Assembly (NCBI GenBank): GCA_003519685.1
Contig: DOWG01000084.1
Location: 1-33,667, forward strand
DNA length: 33,667 nucleotides
Direction: 5' to 3'
DNA from: Lachnospiraceae bacterium
Lineage (GTDB): Bacteria > Bacillota > Clostridia > Lachnospirales > Lachnospiraceae
Numbering within the stretch: position 1 is the stretch's first letter; each line of letters begins with the position of its first letter. Positions 7,961-17,254 of the stretch are shown piece after piece. The notes under the pieces are model-generated. The model did not search any database. It was given only the letters and a program-made list of their open reading frames with translations, and was not told the origin of the DNA. The position numbers and the translations under genes are program-made.

Positions 7961-10426
7961 ATGTGTAAACGTAAGATCCACATGATAGGTAATACCCATA
8001 TAGACCCAGTATGGTTATGGAAAAAAGCGGAAGGAATGCAGGAGGTGAAATCATCTTTTTCCTCTGCTTTAGACAGAATGAACGAATTTCCTGATTTTAA
8101 ATTTACAATGAGCAGCATTTCCTATTTGGCATGGGTAAAGGAAAACTGCCCTGATTTATTTGAAAGAATTCGGGAGAAAGTAAAGGAAGGAAGATGGGAG
8201 ATTGCCGGGGCGATGTGGGTAGAACCGGATTGTATTCTGCCTGCGGGGGAAAGCTTTGTACGACATTTTCTTTACAGTAAAAGGTTTGTAGAAGAGAACT
8301 TTGAGATTGATCCGGTGGTCGGTTATAATGTCGACAGTTTTGGGCATACATCCAATTTACCCAGTATTCTTGCCGGTTGTGGTATGAAGTATTATCTCTT
8401 TAACCGCCCGGATAAGACAAAGCTTGCAGTTCCTCCTGTTTTTGTATGGAAATCGCCGGATGGAAGTAGTGTAACTGCGGAACGTATCGGTGGCGAATAC
8501 CTTGCTTGGACAAAGCCGGGGATTGCGTATAATTTAAAGGAAAGTAAGGAAGCACTGCATTCCTATGGTTATGACCGCATGGCTGTGTTCTATGGTGTCG
8601 GAAATCATGGAGGTGGACCTACCATTGATAATATTCGTTCGATCTACGAACTTCGGGAGGAAGACAAAGAGGATGCAATTGATTTTTCGACCATGCGGGA
8701 ATTCTTTGGTACGGTTGAAAAAGAACATTTAACAGAATTTCAGGGAGAACTGGGAAGAATATTCATGGGCTGCTATAGCTCGGATAATGAAATTAAGAGG
8801 CTAAACCGCCAAGCAGAGTGGAGTTTGCTTAAAGCAGAGGCAATCGGCGCGATTGCGGTGAAACTAAGCGGCGGAACGTACCGGTATCCGAAGGAAGATA
8901 TGGAAAGAGCCTGGAAGATGGCTTTATTCAATCAATTTCATGACATTTTATCCGGAACCAGTATAGAACCAGCACGAAACGAAGCCTGCCAGGAATTTCA
9001 GTATGCAATTGCAACTGCAAGGAATACGATTGCCAATGGAATCCAAGGAATTGCCAATCATATTGATACCAGAGGAGATGGCTTCCCATTGGTTTTGGTA
9101 AATCCGACCGGTAAGGCTTATCATGGTGTTCTTTGTACGGATGTCTATGTTTCCTCCGCAGGCCGCAAACAAGTAAGAATGCGGGATACCACAGGAGAAG
9201 AAATCCCTTATGCGGAATCTGGATATCGTCATAATGAACGGGATGAGGCAAGAAAAAGTATTCTATTTGAAGCTGAGGTTCCTCCTATGGGGTATGCGGT
9301 TTACCGGGTTCTTCAGGAAGGACCGAGTTTTAAACCAGTAAAAAACCGGATGATGGTTGAAAAAAATTTTATATCGAATGGAATTCTTACTGTAACAATC
9401 GATGAAAAAACCGGGTGTCCTTCCTCCATAATAAAAAATGGAATTGAGCTGTTGGCAGACAAAGTTGCTTTCAAAGTATTCTATGATGATCGTGGCGCCT
9501 GGGGAGGCGAACTTTTAGAGGAAAAGTCGGAAGGTATCTTTGAAGCCAGCAATATAAAATTAATCGAAACAAATTTTCTTCGAACGGTTCTGCGCAGTAC
9601 ATTGCTCTATCAAAAATCAGAGCTGGTAGTGGACTATATCCTAGAAAAAGACAGTGATATTGTTAAAATGAATTGCTCCATACATAATCATGAACGTCAT
9701 ACGGAAATTGCTTTTTGCCTGCCCGTAGCCGGTAAGAAGCACCAGGTAATAACAGAAACAGCTTTTCTTGCAGAACAGAAAGTGGTAAAGGATGGCACCG
9801 AATATTATCAGCATCGCTTTGCCGACATTACAAATGATAAGGGATTTGGCATTTCTGTTATTAATAATAATGCCTATGGAATGAATCAGAAGGATAACGA
9901 ATATCGATTAATCATCTCAAGAAGTGCGATGTTTGCAAGAGGAGAAAGCGGTCCGGTTGATATTACTCCGGACAAAAGATTTATGGATCAGGGCAGCTGG
10001 GATTTTTGCCTGGAGCTATTACCACATGAAGAACCGATTCAGAAGCAAAGGTTATTTACGGAAGCGGATTTCCTTCATATGCCAATTGAGCACCTGGGGG
10101 ATAGTAATCATACGGGGGAGCACTGGCTGCGAAAGGAGTCCATGGCTACCGTTACCGGAGCCGGAGTCCAGATATCCTCTTATAAGCTTGCGGAGTGTGA
10201 AAAAGGAACGCAAGTATTAAGACTTTTTGAATGTGAAGGGATGGAAACGGTCGCTCAGGTGAAGGTGCAAAATACAGCATTTACGGTCCATTTATCTCCT
10301 TATCAGGTGAAAACATATCTTATTAAGGATGCGATTGTAACAGAAACCAATATGATAGAGAAGAAGGTAGAATTAGCGGAACAGGAAAACGCTGCTTCTA
10401 CGACCGGAACAGGAATAAAATCTTAA
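7961..10426 (+). CDS. GH38 alpha-mannosidase family glycoside hydrolase (cytoplasmic)
   Basis: IGNTHIDPVWLW (Zn HxD), WVEPD, GESFVR, YNVDSFGH (nucleophile Asp), YGVGNHGGGPT, FNQFHDILSGTSI. No signal peptide. RBS gaggagga favours 7961 (ORF from 7943). Confidence 0.93.
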   Translation: MCKRKIHMIGNTHIDPVWLWKKAEGMQEVKSSFSSALDRMNEFPDFKFTMSSISYLAWVKENCPDLFERIREKVKEGRWEIAGAMWVEPDCILPAGESFVRHFLYSKRFVEENFEIDPVVGYNVDSFGHTSNLPSILAGCGMKYYLFNRPDKTKLAVPPVFVWKSPDGSSVTAERIGGEYLAWTKPGIAYNLKESKEALHSYGYDRMAVFYGVGNHGGGPTIDNIRSIYELREEDKEDAIDFSTMREFFGTVEKEHLTEFQGELGRIFMGCYSSDNEIKRLNRQAEWSLLKAEAIGAIAVKLSGGTYRYPKEDMERAWKMALFNQFHDILSGTSIEPARNEACQEFQYAIATARNTIANGIQGIANHIDTRGDGFPLVLVNPTGKAYHGVLCTDVYVSSAGRKQVRMRDTTGEEIPYAESGYRHNERDEARKSILFEAEVPPMGYAVYRVLQEGPSFKPVKNRMMVEKNFISNGILTVTIDEKTGCPSSIIKNGIELLADKVAFKVFYDDRGAWGGELLEEKSEGIFEASNIKLIETNFLRTVLRSTLLYQKSELVVDYILEKDSDIVKMNCSIHNHERHTEIAFCLPVAGKKHQVITETAFLAEQKVVKDGTEYYQHRFADITNDKGFGISVINNNAYGMNQKDNEYRLIISRSAMFARGESGPVDITPDKRFMDQGSWDFCLELLPHEEPIQKQRLFTEADFLHMPIEHLGDSNHTGEHWLRKESMATVTGAGVQISSYKLAECEKGTQVLRLFECEGMETVAQVKVQNTAFTVHLSPYQVKTYLIKDAIVTETNMIEKKVELAEQENAASTTGTGIKS

Positions 10427-10500
10427 AAAAGAACGTTAATAAGTTTGTTTATATACCAAAGATAAAGTGCTAACACATTGAACAGGAGGATAATATCAAC

Positions 10501-12594
10501 ATGGAAAATACGAAGGATAGCAATCAAAAAAATTCGAATAAGCTGGCCAGCCTAAGAGGTTACCTGCATAAGTTGAATGGAATATGGTTCAAATTATTGC
10601 TTTCCATATTAATTCCGGTAATCTTTATGGCTGCTTTTGGAGTGGTATCTTATGAAAAATCATCCCATGCGATTATTGCAAATTATGAGAAAAGTACCAT
10701 GGATACTCTCAATGCAATCAGTGATTACCTGAAGCTGGGGCTCGAATCCGTAGCGGGTAAATCCCTGGAATTCATGAATAGTAATAGTGTTACAGCTTAT
10801 TATAATCGAGGCAAGGCAGGACTTTCTACTTCAACCGAGGAGGTTAAGCTGCTGCAGCCTCTGGGAGAGGACATTATTATTGCCCAGGGAGCAAATACTT
10901 TTATTCAGGATATCCATGTCTTTGGCAAAACAGGAATCGGTGTTTCAACGGAATCAGCACCTTCGGAAGATATCTATACAAGATATCTGCAATCCGAGGA
11001 AGGCAAAGCAATTACAGAGGCACAAGAACGCTATCAATGGGTAGGAGAGCATAAATTTATCGATGAAATGTTTCAAGTAAAGTCAGAGGAATATGCTCTG
11101 TCAATGATACGTAAGATGGCATATGATAACGGCTTTATCATTATGGATGTATCAAAAGCGGAAATTGTGAATATGCTTTCCCAGTTTAATTATGGAAAGG
11201 GTAGTGTGATTGGCTTTGTTACAGCAGATGGTAGAGAAACTCTAACTAATGCCAAAGAGGACAGTGTATTTACAAAACTACCTTACTTTCAAAAATCGGT
11301 TGCCGGAGATACCTTGAGCGGTTATTCCTATGAGACCTATCTCGGTAAGGATTACCTCTATCTCTATAAAAAGATAGGGGATACCGGTGCTGTTATCTGC
11401 GCCTTGATTCCGGAGGGTACTATTATCCGGCAGGCAAAAGAAATAAAAAGCTTAAATATAGTTTTTGTAACTCTGGCCGGTATTTTTGCAATTGGCATAG
11501 GTACGACAATTGCTGGTGGAATCGCTGCTGCCATTAAGAAACTAATGAAAAACATGTCCTTAGCGGCACAGGGGGATTTAACGATTACGTTTGATACAAA
11601 ACGTAAGGATGAATTCCGGTTATTAACCACTAGTCTTTCCGATATGGTTGGCGGTATGCGTAATCTGGTTGGACAGGCGGTAGAGGTAGGGGGTAAAGTA
11701 AGCGGCTCTGCAGAAATGCTTTCTTCAACCTCGGAGAGTATATTGGGGGATACCAAGGGCATCTCTGCAACGATTGATGAGATTGAAAAGGGGGTTGTTC
11801 AACAGGCCTCCGATACCGAACACGGTTTAAACCAAATGATGAATCTTTCGAATAAAATAAATCAGGTTTATGACAGCACCTATAAGATAGAGCAAATTGC
11901 AACCGATGCCAAAACAGTGATTGATAAAGGTATCGTTACGGTGGATGAATTAAATAATAAATCCAGAGCGACTACGGAAATCACGAATATTGTCATATCG
12001 GAAATTGAGGCACTTAAAGAGCAAACCCATACGATTGGAAGTTTTGTAAAGATTATTAATGAAATTGCGGCACAGACGAATCTACTGTCCTTAAATGCAT
12101 CCATAGAAGCCGCAAGAGCTGGGGAAGCAGGACGGGGATTCGCTGTGGTGGCGGAAGAAATCCGAAAATTAGCGGATGGGGTTTTAAATGCAGCTAAGGA
12201 AATCCAAAGTATTGTAACCAAAATACAGGATAAAACCAAAACAACCGTAGACGCTGCAAAGCAAGCGGAAAATATTGTGGAGTCGCAGGCCGAGTCTCTA
12301 AGTAAAACGGTAAACTCCTATAAAGATATTAATCAATATGTAGGTAATCTTGTAGGCAATCTAAATAACATTTCCGTTGGCGTTAAGGAAATCGAAGCGG
12401 CGAAAGAGGATACGTTGGAAGTAATTCGAAGCATTTCCGCTGTAGCGCAGCAGACAGCTGCTTCCTCGGAGGAAGTCAGTGCTACGGCAAACAATCAGAT
12501 CGGTTCGGTGGAACATTTAAGCCAATCTGCGGAAGAGCTTGCGGAAAATGCCAAGAAGCTTGAGAAAGCGATTCAATTGTTTCGGATTGATTGA
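10501..12594 (+). CDS. Methyl-accepting chemotaxis protein
   Basis: RBS aggagg; TM helix, large extracellular (Cache-like) domain, TM helix, HAMP (GDLT...KDEF), signalling motif [37 protein letters not shown]. Confidence 0.97.
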   Translation: MENTKDSNQKNSNKLASLRGYLHKLNGIWFKLLLSILIPVIFMAAFGVVSYEKSSHAIIANYEKSTMDTLNAISDYLKLGLESVAGKSLEFMNSNSVTAYYNRGKAGLSTSTEEVKLLQPLGEDIIIAQGANTFIQDIHVFGKTGIGVSTESAPSEDIYTRYLQSEEGKAITEAQERYQWVGEHKFIDEMFQVKSEEYALSMIRKMAYDNGFIIMDVSKAEIVNMLSQFNYGKGSVIGFVTADGRETLTNAKEDSVFTKLPYFQKSVAGDTLSGYSYETYLGKDYLYLYKKIGDTGAVICALIPEGTIIRQAKEIKSLNIVFVTLAGIFAIGIGTTIAGGIAAAIKKLMKNMSLAAQGDLTITFDTKRKDEFRLLTTSLSDMVGGMRNLVGQAVEVGGKVSGSAEMLSSTSESILGDTKGISATIDEIEKGVVQQASDTEHGLNQMMNLSNKINQVYDSTYKIEQIATDAKTVIDKGIVTVDELNNKSRATTEITNIVISEIEALKEQTHTIGSFVKIINEIAAQTNLLSLNASIEAARAGEAGRGFAVVAEEIRKLADGVLNAAKEIQSIVTKIQDKTKTTVDAAKQAENIVESQAESLSKTVNSYKDINQYVGNLVGNLNNISVGVKEIEAAKEDTLEVIRSISAVAQQTAASSEEVSATANNQIGSVEHLSQSAEELAENAKKLEKAIQLFRID

Positions 12595-12614
12595 TTCAGA
12601 GAAAGGATAACAAA

Positions 12615-14324
12615 ATGGATTTTCTTCTTGAAAAAAGGTATCTTTGCTTTCCGATAAAATGTGGAGCAAAACCTGTGAAAACCAGATTAATACTGCCGGA
12701 TTATACGATTGTGGTTAGCTTAGAACTTACCAGGGAGGAGCCGGATTTCTGGGTATACTATGATGCTCTTTTTACTATGGGGCAAACCATACGGATCCTC
12801 CATGAAGGAGAAAAAGATGATTTAAGAGCGGAAAATACTTGTGTGTTTCGTGATAGACCGATTGAAAAAACGCCGATCTATCGGGAAGAACATAGACCAA
12901 GGTATCATTTCACGAATGCAAGAGGCTGGATTAATGATCCCAACGGTTTGCTTTATAAGGATGGAACCTACCATATGTTTTACCAGCTTAATAATTATGG
13001 AAGTCGCTGGTATGACAAAGGGTGGGGACATGCAAAAAGTACGAATCTATTCGATTGGGAAATCCTGCCTCCAGCCTTATATGCAGATGATAGCGGATAT
13101 GCGATTTCCGGTAGTGCGTTGTTTGATCCGGACAATAGAGCAGGCTTTGGTAAGGATACATGGATATTAATGTACTCCTCGAGATATGGCGGCGAACCAG
13201 AGAAAGGACAGTTTCAAAATATCGCATATAGTGCTGATGGCAGAATTTTTCGCAAATATTCGGGGAATCCGATTATAAAAGATACGGCAACGATCAATTT
13301 CCGCGATCCGAAAGTTTTCTGGCATGAACCCTCCGGCCATTTTGTAATGGTTTTAGCATGCGGGGAAGAAATCCGTTTTTATCGATCACTGGATCTAAAG
13401 AATTGGGATTTGTCCAGTGTTTTGGAGGATACGCTGATCAATCCCCAGCATAAGGTGTATGAGTGCCCGGAACTTATGGAATATCAAATTGAGGGGGAAA
13501 ACAATACCCGTTGGGTATTATCGGTAAGTATCGATGGGTTTCGGCGGGTATTACATATCATCGGCGATTTTGACGGTAGAAGCTTTGTCTACGATCCATC
13601 TCAAAAATTACAATGGGCGGACTATGGAAAAGATTTTTATGCGGCGGTAGCGTGGAATCCGCAATATGAAATGGCAGGAAGAAAGCTGTGGATTGGATGG
13701 ATGTGCTTTTGGCCTTATGCAAGAGAATGTCCGAAATTGGAAGGTTGGATGGGAGCATTTACCGTTCCCAGGGAGCTTCGTCTCGTGAGGCATGAGAATG
13801 GAAAACTATACATTCACCAAAATCCGGCAAAGGAAATAGAAGAACTAAAGCAGGAAGCGATAAACACGAAAAACCAGGTTGCATTACCTAGTAATACAGC
13901 ATATCGGCTGCCTGGCGGTGAAGCATTTTCCCTTAACTTGGAGCTGAATAAGCAGGACGGAGAAACGGGTAATGCAGATATCCTTCTGCATTATGAAAGT
14001 GGTGAAACGGTAACCATTCATCTGGACTTCTTACAGAACCTTCTTCAAATGGATCGTTCCGATTGTAATCGGATTAAGCTTGGGTCATGGTTTACAGAAC
14101 CACTGACAGCACCCCTAAGCAATCGTAATACCATACAAATTCAGCTTCTTATCGATAAAGGATCCATTGAGCTATTTTTGTATGATGGGCGAACCTGCTT
14201 AACTGCGTTGTGTTTTCCGGAAAAACATTCCTGCAGCTTAGAATTCTATAATTATTGTGAGAATGAAATAATACTAAATAATATAACCCTAAATCCAATT
14301 CGTCGGGCAAAATGGACGTATTGA
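12615..14324 (+). CDS. GH32 glycoside hydrolase (levanase/beta-fructofuranosidase-like)
   Basis: RPRYHF, WINDPNGL, WGHA, SGSA, FRDPKVFW, YECPEL, DYGKDFYA, LWIGWM, C-terminal DKGSIELF. RBS aagga favours the ATG at 12615 (ORF from 12591). Confidence 0.93.
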   Translation: MDFLLEKRYLCFPIKCGAKPVKTRLILPDYTIVVSLELTREEPDFWVYYDALFTMGQTIRILHEGEKDDLRAENTCVFRDRPIEKTPIYREEHRPRYHFTNARGWINDPNGLLYKDGTYHMFYQLNNYGSRWYDKGWGHAKSTNLFDWEILPPALYADDSGYAISGSALFDPDNRAGFGKDTWILMYSSRYGGEPEKGQFQNIAYSADGRIFRKYSGNPIIKDTATINFRDPKVFWHEPSGHFVMVLACGEEIRFYRSLDLKNWDLSSVLEDTLINPQHKVYECPELMEYQIEGENNTRWVLSVSIDGFRRVLHIIGDFDGRSFVYDPSQKLQWADYGKDFYAAVAWNPQYEMAGRKLWIGWMCFWPYARECPKLEGWMGAFTVPRELRLVRHENGKLYIHQNPAKEIEELKQEAINTKNQVALPSNTAYRLPGGEAFSLNLELNKQDGETGNADILLHYESGETVTIHLDFLQNLLQMDRSDCNRIKLGSWFTEPLTAPLSNRNTIQIQLLIDKGSIELFLYDGRTCLTALCFPEKHSCSLEFYNYCENEIILNNITLNPIRRAKWTY

Positions 14325-14346
14325 TACTTGTTTAAGGAGAAAACTT

Positions 14347-14964
14347 ATGCTTGAAGATTTCTACAAATCTTATTGTGAAAGCCTATATGAAACGCTGCAG
14401 AAGATTAACAGCAGCCAGATGAAGATACTTATACAGAAAATAGACGATGCATATCAGAATTATAAGCAGGTCTTTGTTCTCGGCAATGGAGGAAGTGCGG
14501 CTTGTGCTTCCCATTGGGTTTGTGATTTCGGTAAGGGGATTAACACAGAAAAAGGGAAACGGATGAAGATATTCTCCCTCTCGGATAATGCTTCTATTCT
14601 GACAGCTCTTGGTAATGATATATCCTATGATGATGTCTTTTGCTATCAGCTGAAGAACTTAGCGGTGCAGAAAGACCTTGTAATCTTCTTGTCCGTATCC
14701 GGTAATTCGAAGAATTTACTTAAGGCAGCGGATTATTGTAACGGTATCGGGTGTGATACCGTCTCCATAATCGGAAATTATCATGGAGAGCTAGGCAAAC
14801 GCACAAAATTAAATATAACCTTACAATCCCAGAATTATGGAATTGTGGAGGACATTCATCTGATCATAAACCACATTCTTTCTCAATATATGAAGCAGCG
14901 GAATCTGCAGCTCGATGAGATACTGAATAGGAAAGATGGAAAGGAAGCTAATGTATGCTGCTAG
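14347..14964 (+). CDS. SIS-domain phosphosugar isomerase, GmhA (phosphoheptose isomerase)-like
   Basis: RBS aaggag; GNGGSAACASH, LTALGND, SVSGNSKN, EDIHLIINH. Confidence 0.88.
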   Translation: MLEDFYKSYCESLYETLQKINSSQMKILIQKIDDAYQNYKQVFVLGNGGSAACASHWVCDFGKGINTEKGKRMKIFSLSDNASILTALGNDISYDDVFCYQLKNLAVQKDLVIFLSVSGNSKNLLKAADYCNGIGCDTVSIIGNYHGELGKRTKLNITLQSQNYGIVEDIHLIINHILSQYMKQRNLQLDEILNRKDGKEANVCC

Positions 14965-15923
14965 GTGCAATTGATATCGGAGGAACCAAAACCTTAGTCG
15001 GTATTGTACATACCACGGGTAGGATTCTCACGAAGCGACAGGTTTCCACCGATACCACTAGTCTATCCTCTTGGCTAAAGGTATGTTCCGATATGCTAAG
15101 GGAATGTACAATGGAGATTAGCTGTACGATGCAGGATTTACTGGGGATCGGGATAAATCTTCCGGGTATGGTGGATATCAAACAGGGGCATTTGCTGCGA
15201 TGCTCCTACCCGGGATGGGAGAAGTTCCCGGTTAAGAAGAGAATGGTAGGCTTAACCGGCATAGATAATATATATGTTGATAATGATGTTAACTCCTGTG
15301 CCATAGGGGAAATGCATTTTGGTTTTCAAAATACCTATCGAAATTTCCTATGGATAACCGTAAGCACTGGGATTGGAGGAGCGATTGTAAGTGACGGCTG
15401 TTTAATCCGAGGAGCTTTAGGATGTGCCGGTGAGATAGGCCATACCAAGGTAGAATATGACAAGCCTGCCCTCTGTGCTTGCGGCCAGGTGGGATGCCTG
15501 GAAGCACATGCATCCGGAACAGCAATTACAAGAGAAGTTCAAAGAAATGCCTTGATAGATCCGGCCTTTCATAAACATTTTATCGATATGGGAGAACCTT
15601 TGGATGCGAAAGGATGTGCTGTGCTTGCCCGCAATGGGGATGAAACCGCCTTGTCGATTTATCAGGCGGCAGCCAGAGCTTTAGGGCGGGGAATTGGAAA
15701 TGCGGTTAACCTTTTTAATCCGGAAGCTGTCATTTTTGGCGGCGGAGTAGGAAATTCATTGGATATTATTAAGCCAAAGTTTCTGCATGTCTTAAACCAA
15801 ACCGTGAATCCAGCCTTGCTTCCGGTTGAAATTGTGCAATCAAAACTTGGATACCAAGCTGCGCTTATCGGGGCGGCTGCTTTGGTAGTAGATTATAATG
15901 GGAATAGAACATTGGATTGTTAA
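14955..15923 (+). CDS. ROK family sugar kinase
   Basis: IDIGGTK, DNDVN, VSTGIGG, GEIGH, Zn motif CACGQVGCLEAHASG. No N-terminal HTH, so a kinase rather than a repressor. Confidence 0.93.
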   Translation: MLLGAIDIGGTKTLVGIVHTTGRILTKRQVSTDTTSLSSWLKVCSDMLRECTMEISCTMQDLLGIGINLPGMVDIKQGHLLRCSYPGWEKFPVKKRMVGLTGIDNIYVDNDVNSCAIGEMHFGFQNTYRNFLWITVSTGIGGAIVSDGCLIRGALGCAGEIGHTKVEYDKPALCACGQVGCLEAHASGTAITREVQRNALIDPAFHKHFIDMGEPLDAKGCAVLARNGDETALSIYQAAARALGRGIGNAVNLFNPEAVIFGGGVGNSLDIIKPKFLHVLNQTVNPALLPVEIVQSKLGYQAALIGAAALVVDYNGNRTLDC

Positions 15924-15998
15924 ACTTGGGCATCAGGAGTGAAGGTTGAAAAAACAAGTTTTTTAACCATAAGATTTTGCCTTAGTTAGCAAGGTTGT

Positions 15999-17038
15999 AT
16001 GAAACATTTGGCACAAAAACTTAATAATGTGCAAAATACAAACGCAGGAATGGATATAAAAATGGTGAAATATAAATTTGAAAAATTATTTACGAAAACC
16101 TTTCAAGAACATCAAAAGGATTCAGTTCCGATCAGGGAAGCTGCCTGCTTAAGAGTACAGTTTCCTGCGATTTTGGAACCGATTCCGGAAGATCTCTATA
16201 TTGTAGGAGGTGCAAAATACCATCCGATCGGCTTCTCTCCGAAGGATGCGGAGGATTTTGGATACTACTGCAGAACCAAAGAGCTGGAACAGCTTAGGAA
16301 GGAGGAAACCGATCCAGAGGAAAGAAAAGAGCTGGAACTGCTTCTGGAATTTTGGAGGGAGAATCAAAGCCGGTATAAGACGAGAAAGGCATATCCAAAG
16401 GAAGTTAAAAAAAGGCTTGCCAGTGATGATTTAAACGATATTTATCCGGCCTATCCCCTCTATCGTATGACCGGCTGCATCATTGACTATGATAAACTGT
16501 TACAACTTGGGATACCCGGAATTAAGAAAGAAATATCCGAATATGCCAAACAGGAAAACAATCCCCTCTACGGCGCAATGCTGGAAGCCTTAGAAATCTT
16601 AAAGGATAGCTTGCAATTCTATGCAGATCAATGTGAGGAGAAGAAAGCATACGTTTCAAAGGAAAGAGCATCCCAGCTGCAGGAAATGAGGGAAAATCTT
16701 ATCTTTCTTAAAAATAATGCTCCTGAAACATTTCATCAGGCAGCACAGCTTGCATGGCTTTATTCCATCCTTGCGCATACCCTGGATTATGGCCGGATGG
16801 ATGTATATTTAGGAGATTTTCTGGAGAGGGATCAAAAGAAACCTATTTTCAGAAGGGCGGTACTCAGCTGATGATTACCGTTGCAAGTACGAAAGACCTA
16901 AAGGATGCTATGGTTCATCCGGAGCTTTATTCCAATCTGTTTGTACGTGTTGGTGGGTATAGCGGTCGTTTCATTAGTCTCCCAAGGGATGTTCAATTGG
17001 ATATTCTTCGTCGAACCACGTATGAAGGGGAGGAATGA
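15999..17038 (+). pseudogene. Glycyl-radical enzyme (pyruvate formate-lyase family), internally deleted and frameshifted remnant
   Basis: ORF 15999-16871 resembles a GRE N-terminus (REAACLRVQFP, DYDKLLQLGIPGI, PETFHQAAQLAW, GRMDVYL). A different frame from about 16838 to 17038 gives the GRE C-terminus (YFQKGGTQLMITV...HPELYSNLFVRVGGYS). Together about 350 codons; the central barrel with the Cys loop is absent. Confidence 0.85.
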
Positions 17039-17058
17039 ATAGAAATCGATAGGCTTCT

Positions 17059-17118
17059 GTCATATGAAAAACAGATGGGTCATATGAAAAACAAACGTGT
17101 CATATGAAAAACAGATGG
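17059..17118. repeat. Three tandem copies of a 20-bp unit
   Basis: gtcatatgaaaaacagatgg / gtcatatgaaaaacaaacgt / gtcatatgaaaaacagatgg. Each unit contains the palindrome TCATATGA. Confidence 0.95.
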
Positions 17119-17130
17119 AGCGAGATACCA

Positions 17131-17171
17131 AAAATAATCAAATTATGTCACATATTATTCAAAAAGTGTCA
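17131..17171. promoter_or_regulatory. Four phased TCA repeats (TGA on the minus strand), putative DeoR operator in reverse orientation
   Basis: TCA at 17138, 17148, 17159 and 17169 in an AT-rich context, ending 8 bp before a -35 box. Confidence 0.45.
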
Positions 17172-17179
17172 TTTAAAGC

Positions 17180-17208
17180 TTGAATTAGTGAAAATGTTAT
17201 GGTAAAAT
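17180..17208 (+). promoter_or_regulatory. Putative sigma-A promoter of the downstream catabolic operon
   Basis: TTGAAT, 17 bp spacer, TAAAAT, with an extended -10 TGn at 17200-17202. Confidence 0.65.
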
Positions 17209-17254
17209 TTAATCAGAATAATCAAATACGATTGAATCATAGACTAAGGGGGTA

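Noticed and set aside
15944-15975. Inverted repeat ggttgaaaaaac/gttttttaacc overlapping a possible TTGAAA-18-TAAGAT promoter before the GRE remnant
   Set aside because: Weak A/T stem, non-optimal spacing and an uncertain GRE start codon. I cannot tell promoter, operator or terminator apart.
16830-16875. Programmed frameshift producing a functional GRE
   Set aside because: Even if fused, the product would be about 350 aa and lack the central barrel and catalytic Cys, so a deletion explains it better.
16754-17038. 94-aa ORF as an independent gene starting at 16754
   Set aside because: Its first ~28 codons are an alternative-frame reading of the GRE N-terminal fragment. GRE similarity starts only near 16838.
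17059-17118. 20-bp repeats as a mini CRISPR array
   Set aside because: Units are contiguous with only 5 variable bases, two of the three tails are identical, and no cas genes are present.
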